Source: Spirochaetia bacterium
GTDB lineage: Bacteria; Spirochaetota; Spirochaetia; UBA9216
Length of the DNA: 64,000 nucleotides
Assembly (NCBI GenBank): GCA_965140585.1
Contig: OZ223264.1
Span: 416,001 to 480,000, forward strand
Reading direction: 5' to 3'
Every line of letters begins with the position of its first letter. The first letter of the stretch is position 1. Below the pieces are notes generated by a model. It was not told the origin of the DNA, searched no databases, and worked only from the letters and a program-made list of their open reading frames with translations. A program made the translations under genes and the position numbers. Below, in pieces: positions 49,604 through 60,184 of the stretch.

Positions 49604-50974
49604 ATGAACACAGCGGACAGATATATATCAGCATATATAAATAGGGCGAATACTGCCCGGAAACAAATAGAATCCTGGAGTCAGGAGAAGATAGATGAGG
49701 CGGTTATGGTCATCGGCAGGGTGGTCTACGATAACGCAGAAGATCTGGCGGTTATGGCTGTTGAAGAAACAGAAATGGGCAGAGTTGATCATAAAACTGC
49801 AAAAAACAGGGGCAAGGCCGGAATTATATGGAACAGCCTCAGAGGCGAGAAGTCACGCGGTATTATCAGCAGGGATGAGAAACGCGGTATTGTCGAGATA
49901 GCGAAACCGGTCGGGATTGTTGCGGCTGTTACACCTTGTACTAATCCTGTTGTAACGCCGATGTGCAATGCTATGTTTGCAGTAAAGGGCGGTAATGCGA
50001 TAATCTTTACTCCGCATCACAGGGCTATAAAGACCAGTACAAGAACAGTTGAACTGATAAATAGTGAACTGCAAAAACTCGGCGCACCCGACAACCTTAT
50101 TCAGATTCTCGATCAGCACTCCAGGGAAAATACCCGTGAATTGATGGCGTCGGCAGATGTTGTTGTTGCTACCGGAGGCTCCGGAATGGTCAAGGCCGCC
50201 TATTCAAGCGGTAAGCCTGCCTTTGGTGTCGGTGCCGGAAATGTTCAGTGTATAATTGACAGGGATATTGATTTTAAAGAGGCGGCGGTTAAAATCCGGG
50301 ACGGAAGAAGTTTTGATAACGGCATTATATGTTCAGGAGAGCAGTCCGTAATAGTACACCACGACGATCTTGATTCGGTAATTTCAGCATTCAGAAGTGC
50401 CGGCTGCTGGTATACTGATTCTGAAGCGGAGGTTGATGCCTTCAGAAAATCTGTTTTTCCTGCAGGTCATATGAATCCTGCGCTGGTTGGTAAACCGGCG
50501 GCGGCTGTTGCTGCTCATGCGGGAGTGGAAATTCCGGAAGGAACACAGGTTATTCTGCTGAAGGCTGACGGCAGTGGTGGGGCCGATAATCTTTCAAAGG
50601 AAAAAATGTGCCCTGTTCTGTCTGTATATACATATACCGATTCCAATGAAGCCCTGGATATCGCAGAAGCCAATCTCAATCTTGAAGGTGCGGGTCACTC
50701 GGTATGCATCCATTCTAAAAACAGGGAATTTATTGAGCTATCCGCGCTCAGACTTCCGGCGAGTAGATTTGTTATCAATCAGCCTTCATCAACAAGTGCC
50801 GGAGGCAGCTTTTTCAACGGGTTCACGCCCACTACAACACTGGGCTGCGGTTCATGGGGTAATAACAGCATTTCCGAGAATCTTTCATTCCGGCATTTGA
50901 TAAATATATCAAGAATCGGATATTTTATGAAAAATAAATCTGTACCTGATACAGAAGAATTGTGGAGGCAGTAG
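49604..50974 (+). CDS. CoA-acylating aldehyde dehydrogenase (succinate-semialdehyde dehydrogenase-like)
   Basis: PCTNP, ATGG, GVGAGN, FDNGIICSGEQ, EKMCP and TLGCGSWG motifs. Confidence 0.88.
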   Translation: MNTADRYISAYINRANTARKQIESWSQEKIDEAVMVIGRVVYDNAEDLAVMAVEETEMGRVDHKTAKNRGKAGIIWNSLRGEKSRGIISRDEKRGIVEIAKPVGIVAAVTPCTNPVVTPMCNAMFAVKGGNAIIFTPHHRAIKTSTRTVELINSELQKLGAPDNLIQILDQHSRENTRELMASADVVVATGGSGMVKAAYSSGKPAFGVGAGNVQCIIDRDIDFKEAAVKIRDGRSFDNGIICSGEQSVIVHHDDLDSVISAFRSAGCWYTDSEAEVDAFRKSVFPAGHMNPALVGKPAAAVAAHAGVEIPEGTQVILLKADGSGGADNLSKEKMCPVLSVYTYTDSNEALDIAEANLNLEGAGHSVCIHSKNREFIELSALRLPASRFVINQPSSTSAGGSFFNGFTPTTTLGCGSWGNNSISENLSFRHLINISRIGYFMKNKSVPDTEELWRQ

Positions 50975-51751
50975 ATGACGCTTGCTGAACTTGACCGGTA
51001 TTTTAGGGATAATCTGAAGATTGAAGAAGTAGGATCGAGGGATATTTCGCTCAACGGCATTCAGGTTACCTCCGGTACCGGAGAGCCGGAGAATGCTGAA
51101 ATTAAAAAGGCTGCATTTGCTGTCGATGCCTGTATGGAAAGCTTTGAACGCGCTGCCGCACAGGGCGCGGATATGCTTTTTGTTCACCACGGACTTTTCT
51201 GGGGAAGGCCGGAAGCTCTTACAGGTTCTCACTATAAAAGACTGAAATTTCTTATTGAAAATAATATGGCACTTTATGCGGCACATCTGCCTCTTGATAT
51301 GCATCCGGAGTTCGGCAACAATGCCGGAATCTGTGTGGCTCTGGGTGCAGCAAATGTCGAACCCTTCGGTGAGTACAAGGGCATGATGATCGGGTTTTCA
51401 GGTGAACTGAAGCAGGAGGCTGATCTTGATTCTGTACTATCAATGATGGGCCTTACCCGGGAAAGCTGTCTTTCAGTACTGCCCTTCGGTCCGGCAAAAA
51501 TTAAAACCTTCGCGGTGATTTCAGGCGGAGGCACAGATGATGTTTTTGAAGCAATGGATATGGGCGCTGATCTCTATATCACCGGTGATGCCTCACACAC
51601 TGTATATCACCCCTGTCTTGAACGCGGAATCAACCTCGTAAGCGGTGGCCATTACAATACAGAAACCTGGGGTGTTAGGCTTCTTGCCGAGCGCTGTGCG
51701 GCCGACACAGGAATTGAAACTTTCTTCATCGATGTTCCGACCGGACTCTAA
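50975..51751 (+). CDS. Nif3-like dinuclear metal centre protein
   Basis: NGIQV, VHHG, HLPLD.HPEFGNN and GHYNTE motifs. Confidence 0.92.
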   Translation: MTLAELDRYFRDNLKIEEVGSRDISLNGIQVTSGTGEPENAEIKKAAFAVDACMESFERAAAQGADMLFVHHGLFWGRPEALTGSHYKRLKFLIENNMALYAAHLPLDMHPEFGNNAGICVALGAANVEPFGEYKGMMIGFSGELKQEADLDSVLSMMGLTRESCLSVLPFGPAKIKTFAVISGGGTDDVFEAMDMGADLYITGDASHTVYHPCLERGINLVSGGHYNTETWGVRLLAERCAADTGIETFFIDVPTGL

Positions 51752-51856
51752 ACGAAGTTCAGAGTCCCTCTCTGCTCGCACATAAATTGATTTGTGTCCG
51801 GAAATATATATACTTAAATTCTATAAGTCTGTATTTGTATTTTCCGGAGGTCGGGT

Positions 51857-53683
51857 ATGAAAAGGATTTTATCATTCAGAAGCAAAATTATCTTCGGGTT
51901 CCTGTTGATTCTATTGCTTTTGGCAATCGGGTTTACTGCAATTCTTTTTAACTGCAGAGACCTTGTTTATAATTCTGAGAAAATTTATAAAATCAGACTT
52001 GTCAGTATGGATTTTCTGATAGAAGCCGACAGGGATGCCTACCAGAGTGAACTTGCCCTTCTTCAGGCTGTTACAGAATACCTTGAAGGCGACACTGAAA
52101 CCTCAATGGCTCTGTACAGCGATGTGGAGGAAAACAGGGATCAGGTTCGGGAACGGTTTGATAAATTTGTTGCTGCATATACTTCGGATACGGGCAATAA
52201 AGCACCGGAGTCTATAGAATCCTATATTGCCGATTTCAACAAATATTATGAAAGCTGGATTAAAGCCCTGTCATATACCATGGACCTCATTCCTGAAGAT
52301 GCTGCTGAAGCCCTTGAATTTACTCAAACTGATGAACATAAACAACCTTTTGGTGATATGCGGAATGTTTTGGATGAGCTTACCAACCTTTCTCTTAGCC
52401 TGGCTGAAACCGAGTTCGGCAACGTGCATAGCATCTCTGTACGATCTCATACAACGATCTATATCATAATTGCTGTACTTTTTGTCTCCCTGATTATGGT
52501 TTACTTTTTTATTGATTTCTCAATTGTTAAACCGATAAAACATGTTACTGATCTGACTACTGAATTTTCAGAGGGCGACGGGGATCTCACACGGCGTATT
52601 CCTGCGGGAAAGGGCGATGAAATAGGAGTGATGAGCGATAATCTGAATGTCTTTTTCGACAGTATTACGCTTATAGTCAGAAAGATGCAGGAAGCCGTAG
52701 AGCTTAATACGAATTATAAAAACGATCTCCTCCATAATTCTGAAGAGGCAAGCGTTGCTTCCGTTGAAATCTCCGAAAATATCGGAAATATGAAAAATAA
52801 AATCAGTCTTCTAAATGATAATATCGTTTCCTCAACAGAGCTGATAGCTGAAATAGACGCCAGCATTAATGATATGGAGGCGCAGATTCTTGAGCAGAAC
52901 GGGATGATTGATGATTCCACTGCTGCTGTTACCCAGATGATAGCCTCGATAGCCAGTGTAGCGGATATTACACGTGAAAAAGCAAAGGCAATGACCGAGC
53001 TTGAGAATACCGTGAAAACCGGCGGAGAAAAGGTTGAGCAGGCGCTTTCTTCGGTGGAGCAGGTAAATAACAATTTAGGTTCTATAGGAGAAATTACCGA
53101 GATGATTAACTCCATTGCATCACAGACGAACCTGCTTGCCATGAATGCCGCTATCGAGGCTGCTCATGCAGGGGATGCCGGTAAGGGGTTCGCGGTTGTT
53201 GCAGATGAAATAAGGAAACTGTCAGAAACGACCGGTGAGCAGTCTAAAAGAATCAGTTCAATCCTTGAACTTGTTCTCCGCGAAATTACAACTGCCTATG
53301 ATGCGAATAAGAGCAGCAACGAGTCTTTTAATCAGATGATCAGCGATGTGAATATGGTTGCCGATGCATTGAGAGAGATTTCAGCCAGCACTGTTGAACT
53401 CAAGCAGGGGAGCGATCAGATTCTCTCAGCAGTAACCGGCCTTCAGGGTGTCTCCGGAGCGGTAATTGATTCATCAAGAAATATTCAGTCTTCCTCAATG
53501 AGGATTAAGGGCGGCATGGAACAGCTGAATGATATTTCAAGAGATGTTGTTGTGGCGATGGATGAAAGTTCTGAGGGCATGCGGGAAATTACAAGGGTCA
53601 TTATTTATCTTAAGGATGTTGCAGAAGATATCGGCAGCCAGGCAGAAATAATCCACAGCCAGGTGAACCGGTTTAAGGTATAG
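51857..53683 (+). CDS. Methyl-accepting chemotaxis protein
   Basis: Two TM segments, HAMP (GDLTRR), and [20 protein letters not shown]...[12 protein letters not shown]. Confidence 0.96.
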   Translation: MKRILSFRSKIIFGFLLILLLLAIGFTAILFNCRDLVYNSEKIYKIRLVSMDFLIEADRDAYQSELALLQAVTEYLEGDTETSMALYSDVEENRDQVRERFDKFVAAYTSDTGNKAPESIESYIADFNKYYESWIKALSYTMDLIPEDAAEALEFTQTDEHKQPFGDMRNVLDELTNLSLSLAETEFGNVHSISVRSHTTIYIIIAVLFVSLIMVYFFIDFSIVKPIKHVTDLTTEFSEGDGDLTRRIPAGKGDEIGVMSDNLNVFFDSITLIVRKMQEAVELNTNYKNDLLHNSEEASVASVEISENIGNMKNKISLLNDNIVSSTELIAEIDASINDMEAQILEQNGMIDDSTAAVTQMIASIASVADITREKAKAMTELENTVKTGGEKVEQALSSVEQVNNNLGSIGEITEMINSIASQTNLLAMNAAIEAAHAGDAGKGFAVVADEIRKLSETTGEQSKRISSILELVLREITTAYDANKSSNESFNQMISDVNMVADALREISASTVELKQGSDQILSAVTGLQGVSGAVIDSSRNIQSSSMRIKGGMEQLNDISRDVVVAMDESSEGMREITRVIIYLKDVAEDIGSQAEIIHSQVNRFKV

Positions 53684-53685
53684 GT

Positions 53686-55326
53686 CTAATAGCCGTCCGA
53701 CATTGAGCGGTTAATGTCTTTTTTATAGAGCTCATTGTAGACGAAGCCCCGGTTTTTCAGTTTGTCTCTAATCTCATCAGGGAAGGGCATGTCTCTCCAG
53801 AATATTCCTCTGACCTCGCGCTCGAGCTTCTGGGTTCCTTCACTTTCTCTGGTTATCCAGAGTATATAATCGTTGATGAAGCGTTCCCTGACATCGCCCT
53901 TCATCCTCTTTTCAGAGAACCACTGGTAATAATGACCGGTCAGGCCTTCTTCCATCCAGTAGTGCTGGGCTTTCTCCTTGGCAACCTGCCATCTCAAATC
54001 AGCCATAGCGGCAATAATTGCTGTGTTCAGGTCCTTTGAGTACATAGGGATGGCAATTCTGCCGCGGCTTGTTGCCCTGTTGTATTTTTCAAAGGGCTCC
54101 CAGCATATTCCTCTTTCCCCATAGCAGGGCACCAGAATAATATAGGGAACAATCCTGGTTGTTTCACGCTTGAATGTTCTCATGAACAGGCCCGGATCAA
54201 GTGATTCAACCTTGGCCATTTCGCATATTACGTTTTCCCTTGTTCCAAGGTTATACTGATCGGCATTGAAATACTGTTTCATCAGGATTGGAATATGATT
54301 GCCCTGCCGTCCAACACACATTTTCGCCATCTGTCTGATGGAACCGAACTCCTTGATTATTATAGAGGTATCGACATGCATTACCTCGCCAAGGCGTTCA
54401 GCCTTTTCTTCAAGAGATTTAAGCAGCTTGTCGTTTTTTTCAAGATCAAAAAACAGCCCGGAAATTTCCTTGTCCTGTTTCTGCAGATATTTCAGAATCT
54501 GGCTTATGTCGTAATGAGCACGTCTCTGTTCTGAATTATATGTGTTGTAAAGGTCCGGATAATTGAGGTTTCTTTCCTTGCAGCTGGCAAGTTTTATCTT
54601 TTCAAGCAGGAGGTTCTCATTGTCGGCAAGAATTTCCTGTTTTCGCTTGATAATTCCCATTATTGAACGGCTCTGGCCCTGCAGCTTGTCTATCTGCGGC
54701 CTGAGGTTTTCAGAGCTCTTCAGTTTTGTGGTCTTGACCTCATCAGTAATCGAGGCGTTTACTACACCGGTGGATATTTTATACAGCCATTCATCAAGGT
54801 AGTGAACAGGCTCCGGTGTGCTGTTTTCGACTATAACTTTGGCCAGCAGGTCTCTGGTTTCGGCTGAGATGATATTGGGAAGTACAGACCCGTATCGCAA
54901 TGTAAATTTTTTAGGATCAGGCAGACCGGAATGGATCTTCTTTGCTATGCTTTCAGCAAGATCCCAGTAGGCGGAAATCAGTTTACCTCTGATCATTGAG
55001 CGGTCTTTGGGGTTTTCGGTATTCATGTATTCGGTAAGGTTCTTATGAAAGCGCTGAGCTTCTTCACCCTCACCTGATAAAGCCTGTTTATAGTATTCCT
55101 TGTTCCGAAAAATCTGGCTTGGAGTATCTTCAAGAAATTTTGTTATTTTTTCAAATTCTGTGCTTGAAAAGCCGGGTTCTTCAGGCGGAAGCTCACTGCC
55201 CTTGCCGTCGTCGAAGAGGAGATCAAAAGAAGGACCCTCTTCATTGTCAAAGCCCATTAAATCGGCTATGTCAGGGTCCATCTCTCCTGAGAAAAGATTA
55301 TCGTTTTTATTATTTTCGATATCCAT
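53686..55326 (-). CDS. Hypothetical protein (coiled-coil centre)
   Basis: Long ORF; start moved to MDIENN because the 5' extension in the ORF track overlaps the tRNA. Confidence 0.8.
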   Translation of the reverse strand: MDIENNKNDNLFSGEMDPDIADLMGFDNEEGPSFDLLFDDGKGSELPPEEPGFSSTEFEKITKFLEDTPSQIFRNKEYYKQALSGEGEEAQRFHKNLTEYMNTENPKDRSMIRGKLISAYWDLAESIAKKIHSGLPDPKKFTLRYGSVLPNIISAETRDLLAKVIVENSTPEPVHYLDEWLYKISTGVVNASITDEVKTTKLKSSENLRPQIDKLQGQSRSIMGIIKRKQEILADNENLLLEKIKLASCKERNLNYPDLYNTYNSEQRRAHYDISQILKYLQKQDKEISGLFFDLEKNDKLLKSLEEKAERLGEVMHVDTSIIIKEFGSIRQMAKMCVGRQGNHIPILMKQYFNADQYNLGTRENVICEMAKVESLDPGLFMRTFKRETTRIVPYIILVPCYGERGICWEPFEKYNRATSRGRIAIPMYSKDLNTAIIAAMADLRWQVAKEKAQHYWMEEGLTGHYYQWFSEKRMKGDVRERFINDYILWITRESEGTQKLEREVRGIFWRDMPFPDEIRDKLKNRGFVYNELYKKDINRSMSDGY

Positions 55327-55334
55327 TTTTGTTC

Positions 55335-55408
55335 TGGAGGTGAGGGGAATCGAACCCCTGACCTCGTGAATGCCATTCACGCGCTCTAGCCAACTGAGCT
55401 ACACCCCC
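55335..55408 (-). tRNA. tRNA-Ala(GGC), CCA not encoded
   Basis: GGGGGTGTAGCTCAGTTGGCTAGAGCGCGTGAATGGCATTCACGAGGTCAGGGGTTCGATTCCCCTCACCTCCA; G3:U70 pair, GGC anticodon. Confidence 0.97.
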
Positions 55409-55419
55409 GACTGTTCGGA

Positions 55420-55448
55420 AATATACCAGAACATCTTTCTGCTGTCAA
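55420..55448 (-). promoter_or_regulatory. Sigma-70 promoter of tRNA-Ala
   Basis: Minus strand TTGACA-N17-TATATT. Confidence 0.75.
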
Positions 55449-55457
55449 TACAGTCGA

Positions 55458-56453
55458 TCAGCCGGGTCTTCTAAAGTCTTTAAAAAGATAAATCCGTCTG
55501 TCTTCAAATTCCCCGTTCTTTTTAAACAGGTTAGCCATCCTGTCCGTCAGAACAGAATAGACTTCTTCGGTGATAGATAATGAATCGGGATCTGTGTATT
55601 TAGCCCCGAGATGATATATAGAGTTTATGGAATCAGAAATAATTGTTCCTGTTTTACCGCGGCTTTTGTAGGTAGTCTTCCCAAGATGCATAGCCGCTCT
55701 GAAACTTACAGCATCATGCATTCCGAACTCTTCAATACTCATTGTAAATCTGTTTACAAAGAGTTTTACTGCTGCGAGTACCGGGGCAGTTGTGTCTCCG
55801 TTATAGGGGAAAAGGGCAAGTCCGCCGTAATCGTTCCAGATCCATATCCTTCCGCCGTAGTCGGTTACGGTTCGCTCAACTGTTGTCTGAAATACCTGAA
55901 TCATCCGGGTGAGAAACTCGGTACCGGATTTCTTTTTCATTTCAGAGGTGATTCTTATTTCAGTATAAAGCATGAAGAATGTGTATTCCCGGCCGCTTCT
56001 AATGTTTTTCCAGTCAACACCGCTGTATGAAGGCTCTGAACATCCCTGCGGAGCCGGAGAGGGTTCTTTGTCTATAAATTCAGGATCCTGTGCCCTGAAC
56101 TCAAGATACTGTTTAAGTCTTGCCGCTTTATATCCGCTGCGGTACATATCTGAACTGATGTAATCAAAACCTTTAAAGATGATTCCTGCCGGATCTTCAA
56201 TCTGATTTTTCCGGTCTACTACCAGCAGGGGGAAGCCTTCTTTTTTAAGAATGTATTTAAGATCTTTTAACGCCGACGTATCGCTGCCCGAGGCGTAATC
56301 GTATACATAAATATTATCTGATGATGGAGCTTTCAGAATTTTACGCATCTCATTAAGCATGCAGTAGGTGAGAGTATATTCTTTTTTCTTTTCAAAGCTC
56401 TCAAAACATTTGAGTTTGCCTTTTATATCTGAAAAAATAATGATTTCCGGCAT
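55458..56453 (-). CDS. Degenerate class III nucleotidyl cyclase-like protein
   Basis: YGGRIWIWNDYGG, FRAAMHLG and IISDSINSIYHL motifs; paralogous in layout to the upstream gene. Confidence 0.65.
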   Translation of the reverse strand: MPEIIIFSDIKGKLKCFESFEKKKEYTLTYCMLNEMRKILKAPSSDNIYVYDYASGSDTSALKDLKYILKKEGFPLLVVDRKNQIEDPAGIIFKGFDYISSDMYRSGYKAARLKQYLEFRAQDPEFIDKEPSPAPQGCSEPSYSGVDWKNIRSGREYTFFMLYTEIRITSEMKKKSGTEFLTRMIQVFQTTVERTVTDYGGRIWIWNDYGGLALFPYNGDTTAPVLAAVKLFVNRFTMSIEEFGMHDAVSFRAAMHLGKTTYKSRGKTGTIISDSINSIYHLGAKYTDPDSLSITEEVYSVLTDRMANLFKKNGEFEDRRIYLFKDFRRPG

Positions 56454-57382
56454 CAGTCTGCTAACTCCAGTTTATAGCGGTAATATACCCTGTTATCCTT
56501 TGCCTTGAAGCTGTTGAACTGTTTGGCTGTAAGCGGTTCAAGCATTACGTTGACGGCCTGGCTGATTGTGACAGAGTCTGTTTCCGCCTGGTTTTTCTCT
56601 ATGGAATTAACCTTTTTAACCGTTTCCGCCTGCTGTATCTCCTCGCTGCCGGATGTGTATTCAAAGGGTCCGCTGTGCACTGCTATTCTCACATGGATGC
56701 CGTCATCTACCGGACAGTCGGTGTGGTTATAAAGAAAAAGTTCATGGATTACTTCAAGAGCGGCCAGTACAGCTGTTTCATTCATATTCCCGAAACAGAA
56801 GGCGGCAAGTCCGCCGTCACCGTCCCAACCCCAGACACGGCCGTTTCTTTTATCAACAGCACGGGTTACAATGCCGCGGAGTGTCCGGTAGGATTCCTTG
56901 ATCTGTTCGGCTCCGTGTTTTCTTACAAGCTTTGTATTGCCGGCAATGTCTATCCGCAGAAATGCGATTGTATACTCAACATTGTTTTTAAGAGTTCCCC
57001 AGTTTCTGGTTTTTCTGACTGCAGGGTTTTCCAGAAACATTCTGCTGCTGGGGTCATATATATATCCCAGCTGGTATACGGAGTTAAGTATCTGCCTGAG
57101 ATAGGGGATAGCGATCTTTCTGCCGGCGATGCCCTTTCCCTGGTCACTGAAATTTATCAGCAGCAGTACGAAATCAAGAAAGAGGTTGCAGGCTATGATG
57201 TCTTTTACTACCTGACGTGCCGCGTTCTGGTTCGGTATGGCTACGCTTGATGGGATTCCTGTTCTCTGGTGAAGATCATAACCGGGAATTAATCTTCTGG
57301 TGAGCGTCGACATAGTCCTGTTGTCCATGGACTGCGATAACGCCTTAACGCAAAATGTGATAGTACTGTTGGGGATACGCAT
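56453..57382 (-). CDS. Class III adenylate/guanylate cyclase domain protein
   Basis: RIDIAGNT, GRVWGWDGDG and VRIAVHSG motifs. Confidence 0.8.
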   Translation of the reverse strand: MRIPNSTITFCVKALSQSMDNRTMSTLTRRLIPGYDLHQRTGIPSSVAIPNQNAARQVVKDIIACNLFLDFVLLLINFSDQGKGIAGRKIAIPYLRQILNSVYQLGYIYDPSSRMFLENPAVRKTRNWGTLKNNVEYTIAFLRIDIAGNTKLVRKHGAEQIKESYRTLRGIVTRAVDKRNGRVWGWDGDGGLAAFCFGNMNETAVLAALEVIHELFLYNHTDCPVDDGIHVRIAVHSGPFEYTSGSEEIQQAETVKKVNSIEKNQAETDSVTISQAVNVMLEPLTAKQFNSFKAKDNRVYYRYKLELAD

Positions 57383-57445
57383 CATCATTATTAAAACGAT
57401 AATCAATAGTATAGTCAAGAACCTGTTTTATGTTAAAATGTTGCA

Positions 57446-60184
57446 ATGAAAAAAATCGAAGAATTGCTGATTCGCGAAGGTATAGCCGCCGGGGCTGTTT
57501 ATGTTTTTCCTTCAGAGGCTGCTGTTGTCAGCTGGAGGATGAAGGTTCTGAAGCTTCTCCAGGCTGATGCTGTACGCAACGATGTGTTTTTATCATGGGA
57601 CAGTTTTAAGGAATCGGTTACCCTGCATGACCGGATTGAAAGACCTGTAAACTCTATTCACCGCAAGCTTTTCTGTTCAGATCTGCTTGCCCGTAATATC
57701 TCACAAGCCCCGGTCTACAGATATATTCTGCCCTCGGGATTCGACGAGGTCGCTTCCGGATTTGCCGACCAGCTTGTCAGGGTTCTTCCGGGGCTTAAGC
57801 GTTTTGCGGAAGCCTTTCATGAGAATGAGTCTCTGTTTCGTGAAGCAGCCGGTGACGGTCTATCCGATGACTACATGAGGCTGTATGAGGAATATTCTTC
57901 GGTTCTTGAGAAAAACAGCCTATTTGAGCCCGGCTGGGATATGCCGGATATCAGTACACCGGATAAAAAATACTACATAATATTCCCAGAACTTATCGAA
58001 GACTTTGAAGAATACCGGGCAGTTTTGTCCGCATCCGGATGCAGCTTTATTTCGGATGTCGGAGACGTAGATTGCCCCTACCATTTTTATGACAACTCGG
58101 TAATTGAAGGCGACGAAGTGATTGCCGGAATTTCCAGCCTGCTGCAGCAGGGGCTGCGATACCAGGACATAGCTGTGACATGTCCGGATGAGGAGCTTGC
58201 TGCCTACATGATTTCCAAAGCCGGACGTTACGGGATTCCGCTGAGTGTAAGAAGCGGTACACCGGTCGGTGAGCTGCCCGGAGGCCGTCTGCCCGAACTT
58301 ATCCGTTCCTGCTATTCAGGCAGCTTTGATATAGCATCAATGAAAGTGCTTCTGCTGTTCCGGGCCTTTCTCTGGAAGGAAAAAGAAACCGCAGATGCTC
58401 TTATCCGTTTCGGAATTGAGAACCGCTGTCTGCGCAACTTCGGCCCGGGAAGTGATGGTGATGTATGGGAGCAGCGGCTTACAATCATGAAGAGGTGGGA
58501 TCTGAAGGATTTTTACCTCAAACTTAAAAAGAGAATTACAGCAGTTGTAAAAGCCGGCAGCCTGAAAAAACTAAGCGATGAGATCCAGATATTCATCAGC
58601 ACTTTCCTTGAAACGGATGAAGAGCTCTGGGATTTTGAAACCCTTAAGGTTTTTCAGAGAACAAGAGAGATTCTTTCCTCGCTCCAGGATGCCGAAAACG
58701 CCCTTGAGGGAATAAGTATCAGGGATCCGCTGGGGCTGTGGATCGAGGTGCTGAAGGAAAAAATCTATGTATGCCAGGCTGATTCAGAAGCCATTCCGCT
58801 GTACAGGTACAGGGTGTCTGCGGGTATCAGGCCGAAGCATCACTTCATTGCCGGGCTCAACCATGAGAACTCGGCCGTTGTTTCGGTACCGCTGCCATTT
58901 TTAGGTGATCAGATAAGAAGGGGATTGAAGCTCCAGGAAAATAATATGACCGAAGCCTTTCTTCGAGTCTATTCAAAAAGTGGAAATTCTCCGGTAATTT
59001 CAGGGTCGGCTGAGACCTTCTCCGGTGTTGCCCTTGCCCCGGCATATTTTATTTCAGCCGGTTCTGTTGAGAAAATGAATTTTTCAGAAGGTTCCGGTAA
59101 TATAGGGCAGGCCGGTGCCGGGGTTTCAGATCCGGAACAGCTTGAATCCTCATGGTGGTACGGAGACTCTGAGGTTGACTGGCCGCTTACGAAGTCACAG
59201 GCCGACGGTTTTGATTACTCGGCAGCAACAGGACTGCTTCCGGCTTCCGATGATTTTACCTTCACCCCTCTGAAGGATTCTGAACTTTCCGAAGCCTGTA
59301 TAGCAAGGCGCTACGGTGAAGAGCTGAATCTGAAAATATCGGCCACAACACTCAACCGCTGGACGAACTGTCCCTACAGTTATCTGCTTGCTGATTTACT
59401 CGGAGTCCGTGCGGATGAGTATGTCCTGCAGGTTGAAGACCCCTTCACCGACGGAGAGCTTCTTCATGAAATTCTGGGTCATTTCTTTAGTCTGCTGAAA
59501 GAGTCGGGGCAGGCTTTTTCGCTTGAAAAGCGGGATGAATACCGCGAAATGATAAGGGGCTCAGCCCGGAAGGTCTTTGCGGACTGGGAAAAGAGGGAGA
59601 ATTACTTCTTTGGCCCGGCCTGGGATACAGCCTGCAGAAAGGCTCTTGAATACATGTCCCGGATGCCTGAAGCTGAAGGTGCCCTTTATGACGGCTATAC
59701 TCCGGCACTGATCGAAGACTGGCTTGAGTACGAGATTCCGGGTGAGAACATAAAAGCTGCGGGCCGTACGGACCGGATATCTGTAAAAGCGGGCAGGGCT
59801 GCGGTTATCGACTACAAGCGGAACTGGAAAAAGAAGAAGACCGCAGACTATTTCAGCCTTGATGAGTCGGGAGCGCTGATGAAGCCTTCGATAGGATACC
59901 AGATACCATTTTACATTATCCTTGCCAGGCAGGCCGGCTTTGAGGTTGATTCAACATCCTATTACAGCGTGACCTCTGCCGAACATTTTCAGGTTTCAGG
60001 TGAGGCTGGAATTCTTGATGCCGAACAGGTAGAAGCGCTCTGCCGCCTGACGATGAATGAAATAATCAGGATGGGCAAATCGGTAAGAGAGGGCATTTTC
60101 ACTGCACCCGAACGCTGCGGCGGCTGTGATTTTTACCCCGTCTGCCGCAGAAAATATGCAGTTAAGTTTGGAGGCCGTAAATAA
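57446..60184 (+). CDS. AddB/RexB-like PD-(D/E)XK nuclease subunit
   Basis: SATTL...CPY, GRTDRI, IDYK and Q.P.Y motifs; CGGC...C Fe-S-type Cys; coupled to the helicase gene. Confidence 0.85.
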   Translation: MKKIEELLIREGIAAGAVYVFPSEAAVVSWRMKVLKLLQADAVRNDVFLSWDSFKESVTLHDRIERPVNSIHRKLFCSDLLARNISQAPVYRYILPSGFDEVASGFADQLVRVLPGLKRFAEAFHENESLFREAAGDGLSDDYMRLYEEYSSVLEKNSLFEPGWDMPDISTPDKKYYIIFPELIEDFEEYRAVLSASGCSFISDVGDVDCPYHFYDNSVIEGDEVIAGISSLLQQGLRYQDIAVTCPDEELAAYMISKAGRYGIPLSVRSGTPVGELPGGRLPELIRSCYSGSFDIASMKVLLLFRAFLWKEKETADALIRFGIENRCLRNFGPGSDGDVWEQRLTIMKRWDLKDFYLKLKKRITAVVKAGSLKKLSDEIQIFISTFLETDEELWDFETLKVFQRTREILSSLQDAENALEGISIRDPLGLWIEVLKEKIYVCQADSEAIPLYRYRVSAGIRPKHHFIAGLNHENSAVVSVPLPFLGDQIRRGLKLQENNMTEAFLRVYSKSGNSPVISGSAETFSGVALAPAYFISAGSVEKMNFSEGSGNIGQAGAGVSDPEQLESSWWYGDSEVDWPLTKSQADGFDYSAATGLLPASDDFTFTPLKDSELSEACIARRYGEELNLKISATTLNRWTNCPYSYLLADLLGVRADEYVLQVEDPFTDGELLHEILGHFFSLLKESGQAFSLEKRDEYREMIRGSARKVFADWEKRENYFFGPAWDTACRKALEYMSRMPEAEGALYDGYTPALIEDWLEYEIPGENIKAAGRTDRISVKAGRAAVIDYKRNWKKKKTADYFSLDESGALMKPSIGYQIPFYIILARQAGFEVDSTSYYSVTSAEHFQVSGEAGILDAEQVEALCRLTMNEIIRMGKSVREGIFTAPERCGGCDFYPVCRRKYAVKFGGRK

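Noticed and set aside
55327-55380. N-terminal extension MNGIHEVRGSIPLTS of the 564-aa ORF
   Set aside because: It is simply the translated tRNA-Ala sequence.
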